From Candidatus Jacksonbacteria bacterium RIFOXYB2_FULL_44_15 (GTDB lineage Bacteria > Patescibacteriota > Patescibacteriia > UBA9629): a stretch of DNA of 47,931 bases. Of the stretch, positions 26,060 to 35,836 are shown piece after piece (position 1 is the first letter of the stretch; every line of letters begins with the position of its first letter). The notes under the pieces are model-generated. The model had not been told where the DNA came from and did no database searches. It saw only the letters and a list, made by a program, of their open reading frames with translations. The stretch covers positions 1 to 47,931 of the forward strand of contig MHJY01000025.1 of NCBI GenBank assembly GCA_001818235.1, written 5' to 3'. A program made the translations under genes and the position numbers.

Positions 26060-26180
26060 CAATTTTCAATTTACAAATCAATTTTCAATGAGTCAATTTC
26101 TTAATTTTCAAACCGTTTGAAAATTTGTTCATTGAGCATTTAACATTCATTGAAAATTGAAAATTCGTAAATTGAAAATT
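26060..26180. repeat. AT-rich long inverted repeat (33-nt arms, ~53-nt spacer with a central palindrome)
   Basis: caattttcaatttacaaatcaattttcaatgag (26060-26092) versus ttcattgaaaattgaaaattcgtaaattgaaaatt (26146-26180). Central attttcaaaccgtttgaaaat. Confidence 0.8.
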
Positions 26181-26187
26181 ATAGCTC

Positions 26188-27591
26188 TTACCCACTCTTC
26201 CACTTCTTCCCGATTTCCGGATACTTGAGCAATTTCTTTTTAAAAATCGCGGTAATCTCGGCCATTTGTTTTTTGGTTTTCGCCTCAAAACCCAAAACTA
26301 AAACCGGCAAATTAGACGACGCTCGCACAATGCCCCAGCCGTTGGGAAATTTTACCCGGGCGCCATTGATATCAATCACCTGCTTCGCGCCGTAATCACG
26401 CTTAAATTCTTTCGTGAGTTTTTCCACCACGCCATATTTAACCTCGTCAGCGCAATCAACTTGCCAAGTGGGCGAAGACACATATTGCGGCAAAGTCTTT
26501 AAAATTTCTGATAGCGTTTGCTTTTCTCTGGATAAATATTCCAACAGCTTTAGACTGGCGAAAATCGCGTCATCATAGCTGTAATAATCGCGCCGGAAAA
26601 AAATATGGCCGCTTCGCTCACCACCCAACGCGGCATCCACTTCGTTGCTTTTTTGTTTGATGTAAGAATGCCCGGTCTTCCACATAACCGGCACCCCGCC
26701 GTGAGCCAAAACATCCTCTGGTAGAGCGTCCGAGCATTTAACGTCAAAAACAATTTTTGAGCCGGGATATTTTTTTAAAATCGAACGCGCAAGCAAAATA
26801 ATAACTTTATCAGCCCACACCGAACCGCCAAGATTATCGACTGTCCCCAGCCGATCGCCGTCGCCGTCATAACCCACGCCCAAATCAGCGTGGTTTTTGA
26901 CCACTGCCTGCCCCAAACCTTCCAGCACTTCGACCAAGGTCGGATTCGGCTCGTGATTCGGGAAAGAATAATCCAAATCGCAAAAGCGTTCAATCACTTG
27001 GCAACCGGCGGCTCTCAAAATTGGCGGCGCAATCGGACCGGCTGTCCCGTTGCCGGCGTCAACCACAACCTTCATCGGCCGCGCCAGTTTAATTCGCGAC
27101 AAAACCTGTTTGGTGTAAGCATCAATTATCCCGGTACGCTTGCGAATTTGCCCCCGGCCTTTAGGAAATTTGCCGCTGGCGATAATTTGATACATTTCCG
27201 CGATATCATCCGGCAAAAGCGTCGTCGCTAAATCATACCCCAGTTTAAAACCGCTCCAACCGTTAGGATTGTGCGAGGCGGTAATCATCGCTCCGCCTTT
27301 AAATTTGTAATGATACTGCGCGAAATATAAAATCGGCGACAACACCATGCCCACATCCACCACATCCACGCCGGTTGAGGCGAGCGCCCGGGCAAACGTG
27401 TTCTTAATCCGCTCCGAGTACTCGCGGGCGTCATAGCCGACGACAACTTTTTTGACCCCGCGCTTGGCCAAAAACGCGCCGTAGCCCCGGCCAATCAAAT
27501 CAATCGCCTCCGGCGTTAAATCTTGCTCCACTTGTCCGCGGATGTCGTATTCGCGAAACATTGATTTATTTATTTTAAACATATTTATCAA
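26188..27591 (-). CDS. phosphomannomutase/phosphoglucomutase
   Basis: TASHNP phosphoserine loop, GYDGDGDR metal loop and GGERSGH sugar loop. Confidence 0.9.
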   Translation of the reverse strand: MINMFKINKSMFREYDIRGQVEQDLTPEAIDLIGRGYGAFLAKRGVKKVVVGYDAREYSERIKNTFARALASTGVDVVDVGMVLSPILYFAQYHYKFKGGAMITASHNPNGWSGFKLGYDLATTLLPDDIAEMYQIIASGKFPKGRGQIRKRTGIIDAYTKQVLSRIKLARPMKVVVDAGNGTAGPIAPPILRAAGCQVIERFCDLDYSFPNHEPNPTLVEVLEGLGQAVVKNHADLGVGYDGDGDRLGTVDNLGGSVWADKVIILLARSILKKYPGSKIVFDVKCSDALPEDVLAHGGVPVMWKTGHSYIKQKSNEVDAALGGERSGHIFFRRDYYSYDDAIFASLKLLEYLSREKQTLSEILKTLPQYVSSPTWQVDCADEVKYGVVEKLTKEFKRDYGAKQVIDINGARVKFPNGWGIVRASSNLPVLVLGFEAKTKKQMAEITAIFKKKLLKYPEIGKKWKSG

Positions 27592-28694
27592 GACGTAACA
27601 TTGGAAATCGGTTGCAGTTTCAACCTAAAGTATTGAACCAGCCCGCCCAATCCCCAGAGTATTGTTATAAATTCAATTAGGCCACCAAGCCATGGAACGA
27701 GAAAAATAATTTTTAAAATAACTAAACCTATCACCAAAAACCAGATCGCTGATATATTTTTGACGCTCTCGCGATTCTTTAAAAACGTATAAAGAAAAAT
27801 TTTGCCATAAATGATGGCTACTAATAGCGGCGCGACGTACATTAACAAAAGCCACGCTGAAAGCGTAATCAACCCCAAGGGAATTCCGATGAAAGTGAGC
27901 ATCAAGAGCACCCCGATAATTGGCAAAAAAATGATAGCCGCCAGCCCCAGAAAAACAATCTTCACCGGTTTTTGCACCATCAGGATGTTGATTTCGCGGA
28001 TCGGACGGGCAAAAAAATTAATCATGATCAAACCAAAAGCGATTGCCGCGAAAAACCAAACCAGCTCCCAAAACCAGCTGATGGCGCCGGGAAGTAGTGC
28101 CGAGCTGGTAGCCGGCTCATAAATAATATTACCGGCGACTAAATCAACCGGCAGATTGAGCGGGCGCGTGGCCTGATATTTTAAATCCCCCAAAATCCGC
28201 GCTCCAGGCTGCCAGTGAATCTCTTTAATTTCGCCGGTCTCTACATCACCGTTAACCCGGCCGCCTAAAGTTAAACTACTGCCGCGAAACGACACGTTGC
28301 CTGCCACGTCCCCTTGAATGTCGAGAGTCGCAGACCAAACTGTGAGATTGCCGACGATTGACCCGAGTTTGCCTACCGCTACCGACCCGGCCATAATCGT
28401 GGCATTGCCGCCAATTCGCCCATTTAACATTATATCTCCAGCCAAAGCGCGCACGTCTCCTAAAACCGGCGAGGCGACGGTTACCCCCTGCCCCATAATT
28501 AAAAGATCTTGCGCTACTTCCGCATCAACCGTAACTTCTGATCCGGCTAAAAGCGCGTCGCCTAAAACCGGTTGCTCGATTTTAACCGAGTCTTGCAGTA
28601 AAAATAAATCAGGCGGAACCTCTGCTTGTACCGCAACCGGCGCGAAAAAACACGCCAGCGCAAAAAATAAATAGAATAAGTATTTTTTAACCAT
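27588..28694 (-). CDS. membrane protein: exported bactofilin-like repeat domain plus a multi-TM C-terminus
   Basis: Signal peptide, repeated G(D/N)(V/L)-type beta-helix-like segments, then ~5 TM helices. 4-nt overlap with the PMM start. Confidence 0.6.
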   Translation of the reverse strand: MVKKYLFYLFFALACFFAPVAVQAEVPPDLFLLQDSVKIEQPVLGDALLAGSEVTVDAEVAQDLLIMGQGVTVASPVLGDVRALAGDIMLNGRIGGNATIMAGSVAVGKLGSIVGNLTVWSATLDIQGDVAGNVSFRGSSLTLGGRVNGDVETGEIKEIHWQPGARILGDLKYQATRPLNLPVDLVAGNIIYEPATSSALLPGAISWFWELVWFFAAIAFGLIMINFFARPIREINILMVQKPVKIVFLGLAAIIFLPIIGVLLMLTFIGIPLGLITLSAWLLLMYVAPLLVAIIYGKIFLYTFLKNRESVKNISAIWFLVIGLVILKIIFLVPWLGGLIEFITILWGLGGLVQYFRLKLQPISNVTS

Positions 28695-28709
28695 ATAAGT
28701 GCTATCGTA

Positions 28710-29903
28710 TCATTTTTTAAGAATTGCGACAAGATTATTTGCCCGCCACCACGGCTGTTTTTGGCCGGCTTTCATCCACCGCATTTGGCAAATTTGGAAT
28801 CCAGCGGCCTTCGCCAAAGCCTGTAAACTCCGGCCGGTAAAAGCGTAATAATAGAGCGGATGTCCCTGCCAAAAGGTCCAAACTTCGCTCCCCCGCCAAA
28901 ATGATTTTGATTGGGGCAAGCGGCTTTGCGCGACACCGCGCCTACGCGCCAACAAATAACGCCAAACCGTTTTATCGCGCAAGGACAATTTCCACAAGTT
29001 AAAATTTGCCAGATACGCGCGACCGCCGGGTTTAAGCACGCGCCAGACTTCTTGCATAGCCAGTTTTTGATAACTTGGCGGCAAATGATGCAAGCTGGCG
29101 ATCAAAAAAACTTTATCAAAACTTTCCGGAGCCAGTGGAAGCTGATACATCTGTGCTTTTACGAATTGAATCTGGGGTAAAAAATTTGAGATTGTTGATC
29201 TTTGACTCTCAACATAATTTTCCGCTGTTTTTAACAAGGCGCCGCAATTATCAACGCCAACATAATCAATTTTTTGATTTATGAGCAACCGTAAAAACCG
29301 GCCACTGCCACAGCCTAAATCCAAAATTTTATTCCCGGGCTTAAGTTCCGACTGCCACCCTGCCACCTCCTCCCACAGCGGTTTCTGGCGCGTTCTGGCA
29401 AAAGCCGGGGCCACCGTTTCGTATGTTTGGTGATTAACCGCCATTATTTTTTGATCGGACAGCGAGTTCTCCTTGCTTCCCTTCGCTCCGGTTACTAACG
29501 TGATCATCCCGATCACCACCAACACGTCAGCGAGATTAAAACTCAAGCCATAAATTGGCCAACTGATTACCCAATAATCGATCACATAACCTAGCGTCAA
29601 CCGATCAATTAAATTGCTCAATCCACCAGCAATAATCAAGGATAAGCAAAAAACAGCCAACCACCGGCGTTTTGCCGCTAAACGATAGCCAATAACTACC
29701 AGCAATATCAGCACGCCGACGACTAAAATCAAAATCACTCCCCCCGGCAAACTGATGCCGAGCGCGATGCCGCGGTTAGCGCTCCAGGCAAATTTCCAAA
29801 CAGAATCCAAAATAAAATAACCGCCTTTATTGACGGCTAAATATTTAAACAAGCGATCGCAACTAAATAAAATTACGCTTGGAATAAGCGCGAGCAGTAA
29901 CAT
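28710..29903 (-). CDS. lspA: lipoprotein signal peptidase (LspA) fused to a Trm9-like class I SAM methyltransferase
   Basis: aa 1-150 carry NRGIALGI, NLIDRL..GYVIDY and FNLADV (signal peptidase II). aa ~165-397 carry YETVAPAFARTRQKPLWEEV, LDLGCGSGRFL, FLIASLHHL and LKPGGRAYL (Trm9/ALKBH8-type methyltransferase pattern). Confidence 0.8.
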   Translation of the reverse strand: MLLLALIPSVILFSCDRLFKYLAVNKGGYFILDSVWKFAWSANRGIALGISLPGGVILILVVGVLILLVVIGYRLAAKRRWLAVFCLSLIIAGGLSNLIDRLTLGYVIDYWVISWPIYGLSFNLADVLVVIGMITLVTGAKGSKENSLSDQKIMAVNHQTYETVAPAFARTRQKPLWEEVAGWQSELKPGNKILDLGCGSGRFLRLLINQKIDYVGVDNCGALLKTAENYVESQRSTISNFLPQIQFVKAQMYQLPLAPESFDKVFLIASLHHLPPSYQKLAMQEVWRVLKPGGRAYLANFNLWKLSLRDKTVWRYLLARRRGVAQSRLPQSKSFWRGSEVWTFWQGHPLYYYAFTGRSLQALAKAAGFQICQMRWMKAGQKQPWWRANNLVAILKK

Positions 29904-29912
29904 GGCTAAATG

Positions 29913-30200
29913 TTAAACCGCATATGTGCCTGCCTCAATCTTTTTGAGATCCGCATCAATCTGCTGTAGTCTTTTTTCCAAAATATGTTCCACCGCCAAA
30001 TTAACCTCGTATTCCTCCTCCTCAAACACCTGGCCATCGACTTCTCCCAGCTCATCATCTAAATCAGGATAATCAGTAACGTAATTGCTCTTAAACTTAG
30101 GATCCTTATGCGCCCGTTTCCGGAAAATTTTTAAAATCCTGAGGCGTTCTTTTTCGAGCTCAGCTTTCACTAATTGTATATTGAGAGTATCACCTGGCAT
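29913..30200 (-). CDS. DksA/TraR-family-like protein lacking the C4 zinc finger
   Basis: Coiled-coil region ending ...LKKIEAGTYAV-stop, exactly where family members continue GTYG.C..CG. Confidence 0.5.
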   Translation of the reverse strand: MPGDTLNIQLVKAELEKERLRILKIFRKRAHKDPKFKSNYVTDYPDLDDELGEVDGQVFEEEEYEVNLAVEHILEKRLQQIDADLKKIEAGTYAV

Positions 30201-30240
30201 AGATAATAATTTGAGTGGGAATAATTTCCTACGCGTTTAC

Positions 30241-30573
30241 CTAGGCGGCTGGCGCGGTTTCTATGGCTTTCGCAGCAGAGGCAGATTTTTCTGTTTCTAC
30301 CCGATGAACCTTGGTTGCCTTTTGTTTAGGACCGGTAACCAGTTTTCTGGACACCAGCATATTATGGACGGTGGCAGACGCTTCTGCCCCTTCTTTAAGC
30401 CAATATTTAATCCGCTCTTCGCGAAGAGTAAGACTCTTGTCTTTATCACGGGGATTAAAATGGCCCAGTTCTTCCACAAACTTACCGTCGCGACTGCGCG
30501 CCGCTTCGATTAAGAGAAGGCGATAAAAAGGCAGATTTTTTCTGCCCATACGTTTTAAACGAATTTTTAGCAT
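30241..30573 (-). CDS. rpsP: 30S ribosomal protein S16
   Basis: MLKIRLKRMGRKNLPFYRLLLIEAARSRDGKFVEELGHFNP. Confidence 0.93.
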   Translation of the reverse strand: MLKIRLKRMGRKNLPFYRLLLIEAARSRDGKFVEELGHFNPRDKDKSLTLREERIKYWLKEGAEASATVHNMLVSRKLVTGPKQKATKVHRVETEKSASAAKAIETAPAA

Positions 30574-30618
30574 AAAAGCAGGTTACTACAAAATTTCCAT
30601 CAAGTCAAGCAACACCCC

Positions 30619-31161
30619 CTACTGCGGTTCCTCGTACTCCGCTCGCAAGTCCTTAAGTTCTTTCTGCAAATTCATTAAATAAAAACGCTTATTTTTGTCG
30701 ATTAACATTTGCACCCTGCTATCAGCGGCGCTCGTTTGCGCGCGCCCGGCGACAGATTCACCTGAGGACGGCGTATTTAAAACTTCAAGCATTTGTCCAA
30801 CCGGGTCATCGCTAGGCGCGTTCGCCTCGACGCTATTTTGAATCGGCTCGGCAACAGCCACCGGCGTCTCGCTGATTTCTGCCTCCGTGGTTGTGACGGC
30901 GCTTAAACCGGCCCCAGCGGTATCAGTGGCTGATAAAGCCTCAGGCTCAAGCGTCGCCCCTAAAACAACCGGCTCTAAATAATAAGAAGCCGGGTAATTT
31001 TGACTGCCGATATCTTCCAAAACTACATTGGTGGAATCACCCAAAATCTGCCCCTGCCTTGCCGAGCCTCCGAGCGGCATAAAATCGAATTCCGAAAGTA
31101 CCAGCGCCTCGCCAATCAATGCCAAAAGCGAAAACCAAATAATTGCTTGATAAACTTTCAT
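30619..31161 (-). CDS. membrane-anchored hypothetical protein
   Basis: Start taken at ATG 31161 (MKVYQAIIWFSLLALIGEALV, signal/anchor). The rest is Ala/Ser/Thr/Glu-rich. Confidence 0.5.
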   Translation of the reverse strand: MKVYQAIIWFSLLALIGEALVLSEFDFMPLGGSARQGQILGDSTNVVLEDIGSQNYPASYYLEPVVLGATLEPEALSATDTAGAGLSAVTTTEAEISETPVAVAEPIQNSVEANAPSDDPVGQMLEVLNTPSSGESVAGRAQTSAADSRVQMLIDKNKRFYLMNLQKELKDLRAEYEEPQ

Positions 31162-31277
31162 AAGAAATGTGGACAGACCTATAAATGGTCTTGCCACGTC
31201 ACTCACGAATGACGTGGCTTGCTAATTTTAAAAAGTTATCTTACACTAAGACCTATTATAACATACTTTTAAAAATC

Positions 31278-32363
31278 ATGAAAATAGGTATCGTTGGTCT
31301 GCCAAATGTAGGTAAATCTACGCTGTTTACGGCGCTGACTAAAAAAGAAGTCCCGCGCGAAAATTACCCGTTCTGCACAATCGAGCCGAATGTTGGTTTG
31401 GTTGGCGTGCCGGATCATCGGCTCGGCCTGCTCGCCCAAATGTCGAAATCAGCCCAGATTTTGCCGACGACCGTTGAATTTGTTGATATCGCCGGTCTGG
31501 TTAAAGGCGCGAGTACCGGCGAAGGCTTGGGCAATAAGTTTCTGTCTCACATCAAAGAAGTCGACGCCATCTGCCACGTGGTACGCGCTTTTGTCGACTC
31601 CAACATTCACCATGTGAGCGGTAAAATTGATCCTTCTGATGATATCGAAACCATCAACATAGAATTGATTATGAGCGACTTGCAGTTGCTCGAAAAAAGG
31701 ATTAGTGATTTATCCGGTCACGCGCGCACCGGCGACAAAGAGTCGCAAAAAAAACTGGGCGTCTGCGAAAAAATCAAGGCCGTTTTAGATCAAGGCCGTT
31801 TGAGCAGTAGTGCCAACCTCGAACGCGGGGAAAATGATTTAATCAAAGATTTGAATCTGCTGACGCAAAAACCGATGCTCTTTGTCTTTAACACCAAAGA
31901 AACCGTCACTCCGGAGCGCGCCGCGGAAATTCTGTCGCCGTTTGAAAAATTGATTCAGCCGGCGATCGGACTGGCGCTTAACGTCCAACAAGAAGCAGAA
32001 CTCGCCTCGCTTGGAGAAGCGGAACAGAAAGAATTTATCGCTGAACTCAAATTGCCGGATAGCGGCCTAAACCAGTTTATCGGCATTGCCTATAAACTTT
32101 TAGACCTAGTCACTTTCTTAACCACCGGCGAAAAAGAAACTCGCGCCTGGACCGTTAAAAATGGTTCCACCGCCCCGACGGCCGCCGGTAAAATCCACTC
32201 TGATATCGAACGCGGCTTTATCCGCGCGGAAATTGTTAATTGGCAGGAATTGCTGGAGACCGGCAGTTGGAACGCCGCCAAAGAAAAAGGGCTGATCCGA
32301 GTAGAGGGCAAAGACTATATTATGCGAGAAGGCGATGTTTGTTATTTTCGATTCTCGGTTTAA
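31278..32363 (+). CDS. ychF: ribosome-binding ATPase YchF
   Basis: MKIGIVGLPNVGKSTLF P-loop, and a TGS/YchF C-terminal domain ending DGDV..FRF. Confidence 0.93.
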   Translation: MKIGIVGLPNVGKSTLFTALTKKEVPRENYPFCTIEPNVGLVGVPDHRLGLLAQMSKSAQILPTTVEFVDIAGLVKGASTGEGLGNKFLSHIKEVDAICHVVRAFVDSNIHHVSGKIDPSDDIETINIELIMSDLQLLEKRISDLSGHARTGDKESQKKLGVCEKIKAVLDQGRLSSSANLERGENDLIKDLNLLTQKPMLFVFNTKETVTPERAAEILSPFEKLIQPAIGLALNVQQEAELASLGEAEQKEFIAELKLPDSGLNQFIGIAYKLLDLVTFLTTGEKETRAWTVKNGSTAPTAAGKIHSDIERGFIRAEIVNWQELLETGSWNAAKEKGLIRVEGKDYIMREGDVCYFRFSV

Positions 32364-32391
32364 TGAAATGCTTTTGATTTTGACCAGTTAC

Positions 32392-34296
32392 TTACTTGTA
32401 AGACCACTTGTTATTAGTATCAAAAACATAAGTCTCGCTCATCCGCTTCAGGTCAATTTTCCACTCTCCGTTTTCCAAAGTTAAAAGATACGGCGGCGAG
32501 TAATCATTTTGCGGGCTAAAATTTATCTCAGCCCAGCCTTCATCCCCCATCACCGCATAATTAGTCGTGTACATCAAATCTTTTATTGACTGATATTCAT
32601 TACTGAATTGAGCGGCAGAAATCGTCCCGCCGGCAAGCGTTGTCTTGGAATCCGCAGTTATTTGCATCAAATAAAATTCTTGATTTTGATCTTTTGCCGC
32701 GGCCTTGAAAAGTTCGAACACGCGCACGATGGCTGATTCTGGATCTTCGCTCGCTCCCAAACGGCCAGGACCACGAGGGTTATACCCATTTTTCACTTCA
32801 TCTCCGTCCGAGTAACCATCAACGTCAGTATCCGGATTCTCCGGAGCCGTGCCATAACGCAACTCGTCTTGATCAGTTAAACCGTCGCCATCGCTGTCTT
32901 TCGTAAGATCAATTGGGGTTTCCACTGGCGTGAGATCTAAATTGAAGGTGCCGGTAGCTTCCGGAAGGTTTTGGGTCGGCGTCGCCCCTGGGGAAATCGG
33001 CGTGATTCCCGGCTCTGGCAAGGGCACACCGGCATCAGCCCCTTGCTCCAAAAGCGGCATCTGCTGTAGCCAACCGCCAAACAACTCTTTAATCACCTCG
33101 GCAAACGACTCAGCAGACTCTGGCTTAACAATTTTAACCGGCTGATTGATTTTATTAATCGCAAAAACCAAGGTAAAAATCGGTTCACGCCCTTCTACCG
33201 GCGGCGTAGCTTGGGCGGACTCGACAGCAAATAATTGATGTGGGAAAGTTGATTTGGTTTGAGCGCCACTGGTCTTAGCCGAAGCATCAATAAGATAAGC
33301 GTAAACCTGAACCCGCCGCAAATAGTATGACTCTTGTTCGATCCATAAATCGCCGAAGACATCAACTTTGGATAAAATTTCGGCCAAACGCTGTTCATAC
33401 TCTTTGGGATAAGTAAATGGCACCCCTTGACTTTGATACTTTTCCTCGGCTATTGCTTGAATCTTTTGAACTATCGTGAGCAAATTTTTCTTATCCAGTT
33501 TAAGCCGATAATGATACGCTTTAATTCCATCCAGATCGTCCAGCGGCAAAGCTTGGTCAAACTGATATAACGAATATTGCTCAAACAAATTTTCGACTTC
33601 CTGAACGTCTGCAGTCGAAGGCGCGTTGGCTGTGTTTGCTCCTCCTGAAAACTGCTTCAAATCCTGGGCGCTGGCCATGTCGATGAAAAACCATTTATCG
33701 AGAAAAGGGCTAAAATCCAACATCGGATTTTTCGGCAGTTCGTTTAATTTAAAATATAAAGTTTGCTCCGCGTATCTAAAATTACCGCCGACCAAATTAA
33801 CGTCCTCTTTGCCTTCGGTTTTTTGATAAACATTAAGGTTATAATCAAACTTTTGGCTGGCCGTCGCCGCCACATCAAAGGCACCATCAAAAGTAACGGT
33901 AATGTTATAGTCACGGCCATCCAGCTTGGCCAGATAGACGTTGCCGCGCAGCTCGCCGGTTTTGATTTCCGGCCAAGTCGCGGCCATTTTTTGCATCACC
34001 TCTGTCGGCGTTTCGCGTTGCCATATTTTATCCCATAAAGCTGATAGCTCTTTACTGCCCGGAAATTTTACGTCAAACTGCGTCGCCGCTAAAACCACAC
34101 CAGCGCCAATACCGAGTAAGGCCAATAATAGACCAATGATTAAACCGGCGTGATGCCGAGAAGCGCGCACCGGCATCACTGGCGCCGTTGCCACGTCTTT
34201 AACCGGCAGATTATTTGGGACCGCAGTTTGTAAAGCATTGAGATTTTCGAGCGGATCAAAATCCGTCTCAGAAGCTAATTGGGCAGTTTGGTTCAT
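32392..34296 (-). CDS. large membrane-anchored extracytoplasmic protein with thrombospondin-type-3-like Ca-binding repeats
   Basis: One N-terminal TM segment. DSDGDGLTDQDE and DTDVDGYSDGDE repeats near the C-terminus. Confidence 0.65.
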   Translation of the reverse strand: MNQTAQLASETDFDPLENLNALQTAVPNNLPVKDVATAPVMPVRASRHHAGLIIGLLLALLGIGAGVVLAATQFDVKFPGSKELSALWDKIWQRETPTEVMQKMAATWPEIKTGELRGNVYLAKLDGRDYNITVTFDGAFDVAATASQKFDYNLNVYQKTEGKEDVNLVGGNFRYAEQTLYFKLNELPKNPMLDFSPFLDKWFFIDMASAQDLKQFSGGANTANAPSTADVQEVENLFEQYSLYQFDQALPLDDLDGIKAYHYRLKLDKKNLLTIVQKIQAIAEEKYQSQGVPFTYPKEYEQRLAEILSKVDVFGDLWIEQESYYLRRVQVYAYLIDASAKTSGAQTKSTFPHQLFAVESAQATPPVEGREPIFTLVFAINKINQPVKIVKPESAESFAEVIKELFGGWLQQMPLLEQGADAGVPLPEPGITPISPGATPTQNLPEATGTFNLDLTPVETPIDLTKDSDGDGLTDQDELRYGTAPENPDTDVDGYSDGDEVKNGYNPRGPGRLGASEDPESAIVRVFELFKAAAKDQNQEFYLMQITADSKTTLAGGTISAAQFSNEYQSIKDLMYTTNYAVMGDEGWAEINFSPQNDYSPPYLLTLENGEWKIDLKRMSETYVFDTNNKWSYK

Positions 34297-34344
34297 ATTA
34301 ATTTTCTTATTAAGATCTTATTGCAATAATTATACCACCACTTT

Positions 34345-34412
34345 AAAAATAAACAAAAAATCCCCCGCCCGCTTCGCCAAAGATACAGCGAGGCAAGCAA
34401 AAGAGGGATTTT
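34345..34412 (-). terminator. candidate structured terminator downstream of rpsD
   Basis: On the minus strand, aaaatccc ... gggatttt (34412-34405 / 34364-34357) encloses an inner gcttgcc/ggcgaagc stem and is followed by ttgtttattttt. Confidence 0.4.
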
Positions 34413-34450
34413 TAATTTTGAGCTTCAGGACGTTCGCGTAAAGTCCTAGT

Positions 34451-35071
34451 TTATTTTGAATATAACTCGACAATCATCTTAGGCGCTAAAGATTCGATTA
34501 AGTCGCGGATATCCGGTTCGGAAACCACCTTAGCGACTTTTTTAGTATCATCCCAAGCCAACCAGGCCGGTCGGTCTTTCTTGCCGACAACTGCCAAACG
34601 TTCATCAAAATATTTAGTCTTGACCGCGCGCGGGGCAACGGTGATTAAATCCTCAGCTTTAATGATATATGAAGGCACATTGATTTTTTTGCCGTTTATC
34701 ATAATGTGCGCGTGCGTCACCAGCTGGCGCGCCTGGCGGCGAGTATCAGCCAACCCGACGCGATAAACCGCGTTATCCAAGCGGCTCTCCAAAAGCTTTA
34801 ACAAATTCTCTCCAGTATTACCTTTCAGCTGTTTGGCCATTTCAAAAAACCGGCGGAACTGATTTTCCAGCATGCCGTAAAGCCGTTTAACCCGCTGTTT
34901 AGCGCGCAGTTGCTTGCTGTAAATAGATTGCCCGCGCGGATAGCCTTTAGTGGGTCCGTGCTGGCCGGGCGGGTATTTGCGTTTTCCGCGGGCCGGGCAT
35001 TTGGGCGAATCACACAAAGGGATGCCTTCGCGCCGGCATAATTTATGCATTGGTCCAGTATATCTAGCCAT
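34451..35071 (-). CDS. rpsD: 30S ribosomal protein S4
   Basis: MARYTGPMHKLCRREG N-terminus with S4 domain. Start at ATG 35071. Confidence 0.93.
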   Translation of the reverse strand: MARYTGPMHKLCRREGIPLCDSPKCPARGKRKYPPGQHGPTKGYPRGQSIYSKQLRAKQRVKRLYGMLENQFRRFFEMAKQLKGNTGENLLKLLESRLDNAVYRVGLADTRRQARQLVTHAHIMINGKKINVPSYIIKAEDLITVAPRAVKTKYFDERLAVVGKKDRPAWLAWDDTKKVAKVVSEPDIRDLIESLAPKMIVELYSK

Positions 35072-35182
35072 AATAAAATTAAGTAAGGCCACGGCATATT
35101 GCCATGGCATGCTAAACGTTAAGTAAATTGAAAATTAAAGTCGAAAAATTATATTACCACAAAACAAAAAAAATGCAAATTT

Positions 35183-35776
35183 TTAACTCTCTTTGTGCCA
35201 CCCTGAGGTTTGCTGTGAAGCAGTTTGGCGTGATGTTGTTGGACGCGACCAGAGGTGCGGTTTAGCGCGGCCAGCCAGCTTTTTCATCAAAAATTTTCTG
35301 GTATTGCCGGAAAGGTCGATAAAATCATCAACTTCTTCGAGTAATTTTGAGGAAGTGGTTTTCTTAAAAGCGATCAATTCCACGAGTAATCCATGGTAGC
35401 GCAAAAATTGCACCAGTGGCAAAAAATCACCGTCACCGGTTACCAAAACAATCACGTCCATATGCTGAGACATTTTAATGGCGTCCACGGCGATGCCTAC
35501 GTCCCAATCGCCTTTTTTAACCCCGCCCGGAAAAATTTGCAGATCCTTGGATCTAAGTTCAAATCCTTGCTGGCGCAACGCTTCAAAAAAAGCTTTCTCC
35601 TCCTGACTTTCGGAAACGATGGTATAAGCGGTCGCCCGCACCAATTTACGTCCGGCGACAGCCTCTTCTAAAATATTGGCAAAGTTGACGTGCCGATCGT
35701 ATAAATTTTTAGCTGAGTAGTACATGTTTTGCACGTCCACAAACACCCCTACCCTTTGTTCTACATGTTTAATCAC
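35183..35776 (-). CDS. NYN-domain (LabA-like, PIN-fold) protein
   Basis: VGVFVDVQNMYYS and LVTGDGDFLPLV motifs. Confidence 0.85.
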   Translation of the reverse strand: MIKHVEQRVGVFVDVQNMYYSAKNLYDRHVNFANILEEAVAGRKLVRATAYTIVSESQEEKAFFEALRQQGFELRSKDLQIFPGGVKKGDWDVGIAVDAIKMSQHMDVIVLVTGDGDFLPLVQFLRYHGLLVELIAFKKTTSSKLLEEVDDFIDLSGNTRKFLMKKLAGRAKPHLWSRPTTSRQTASQQTSGWHKES

Positions 35777-35836
35777 AAATAATTTCCGACAAATTGATTG
35801 CCACCCGCATAAAACGGCAGCAAAAAAAATGTAAGT

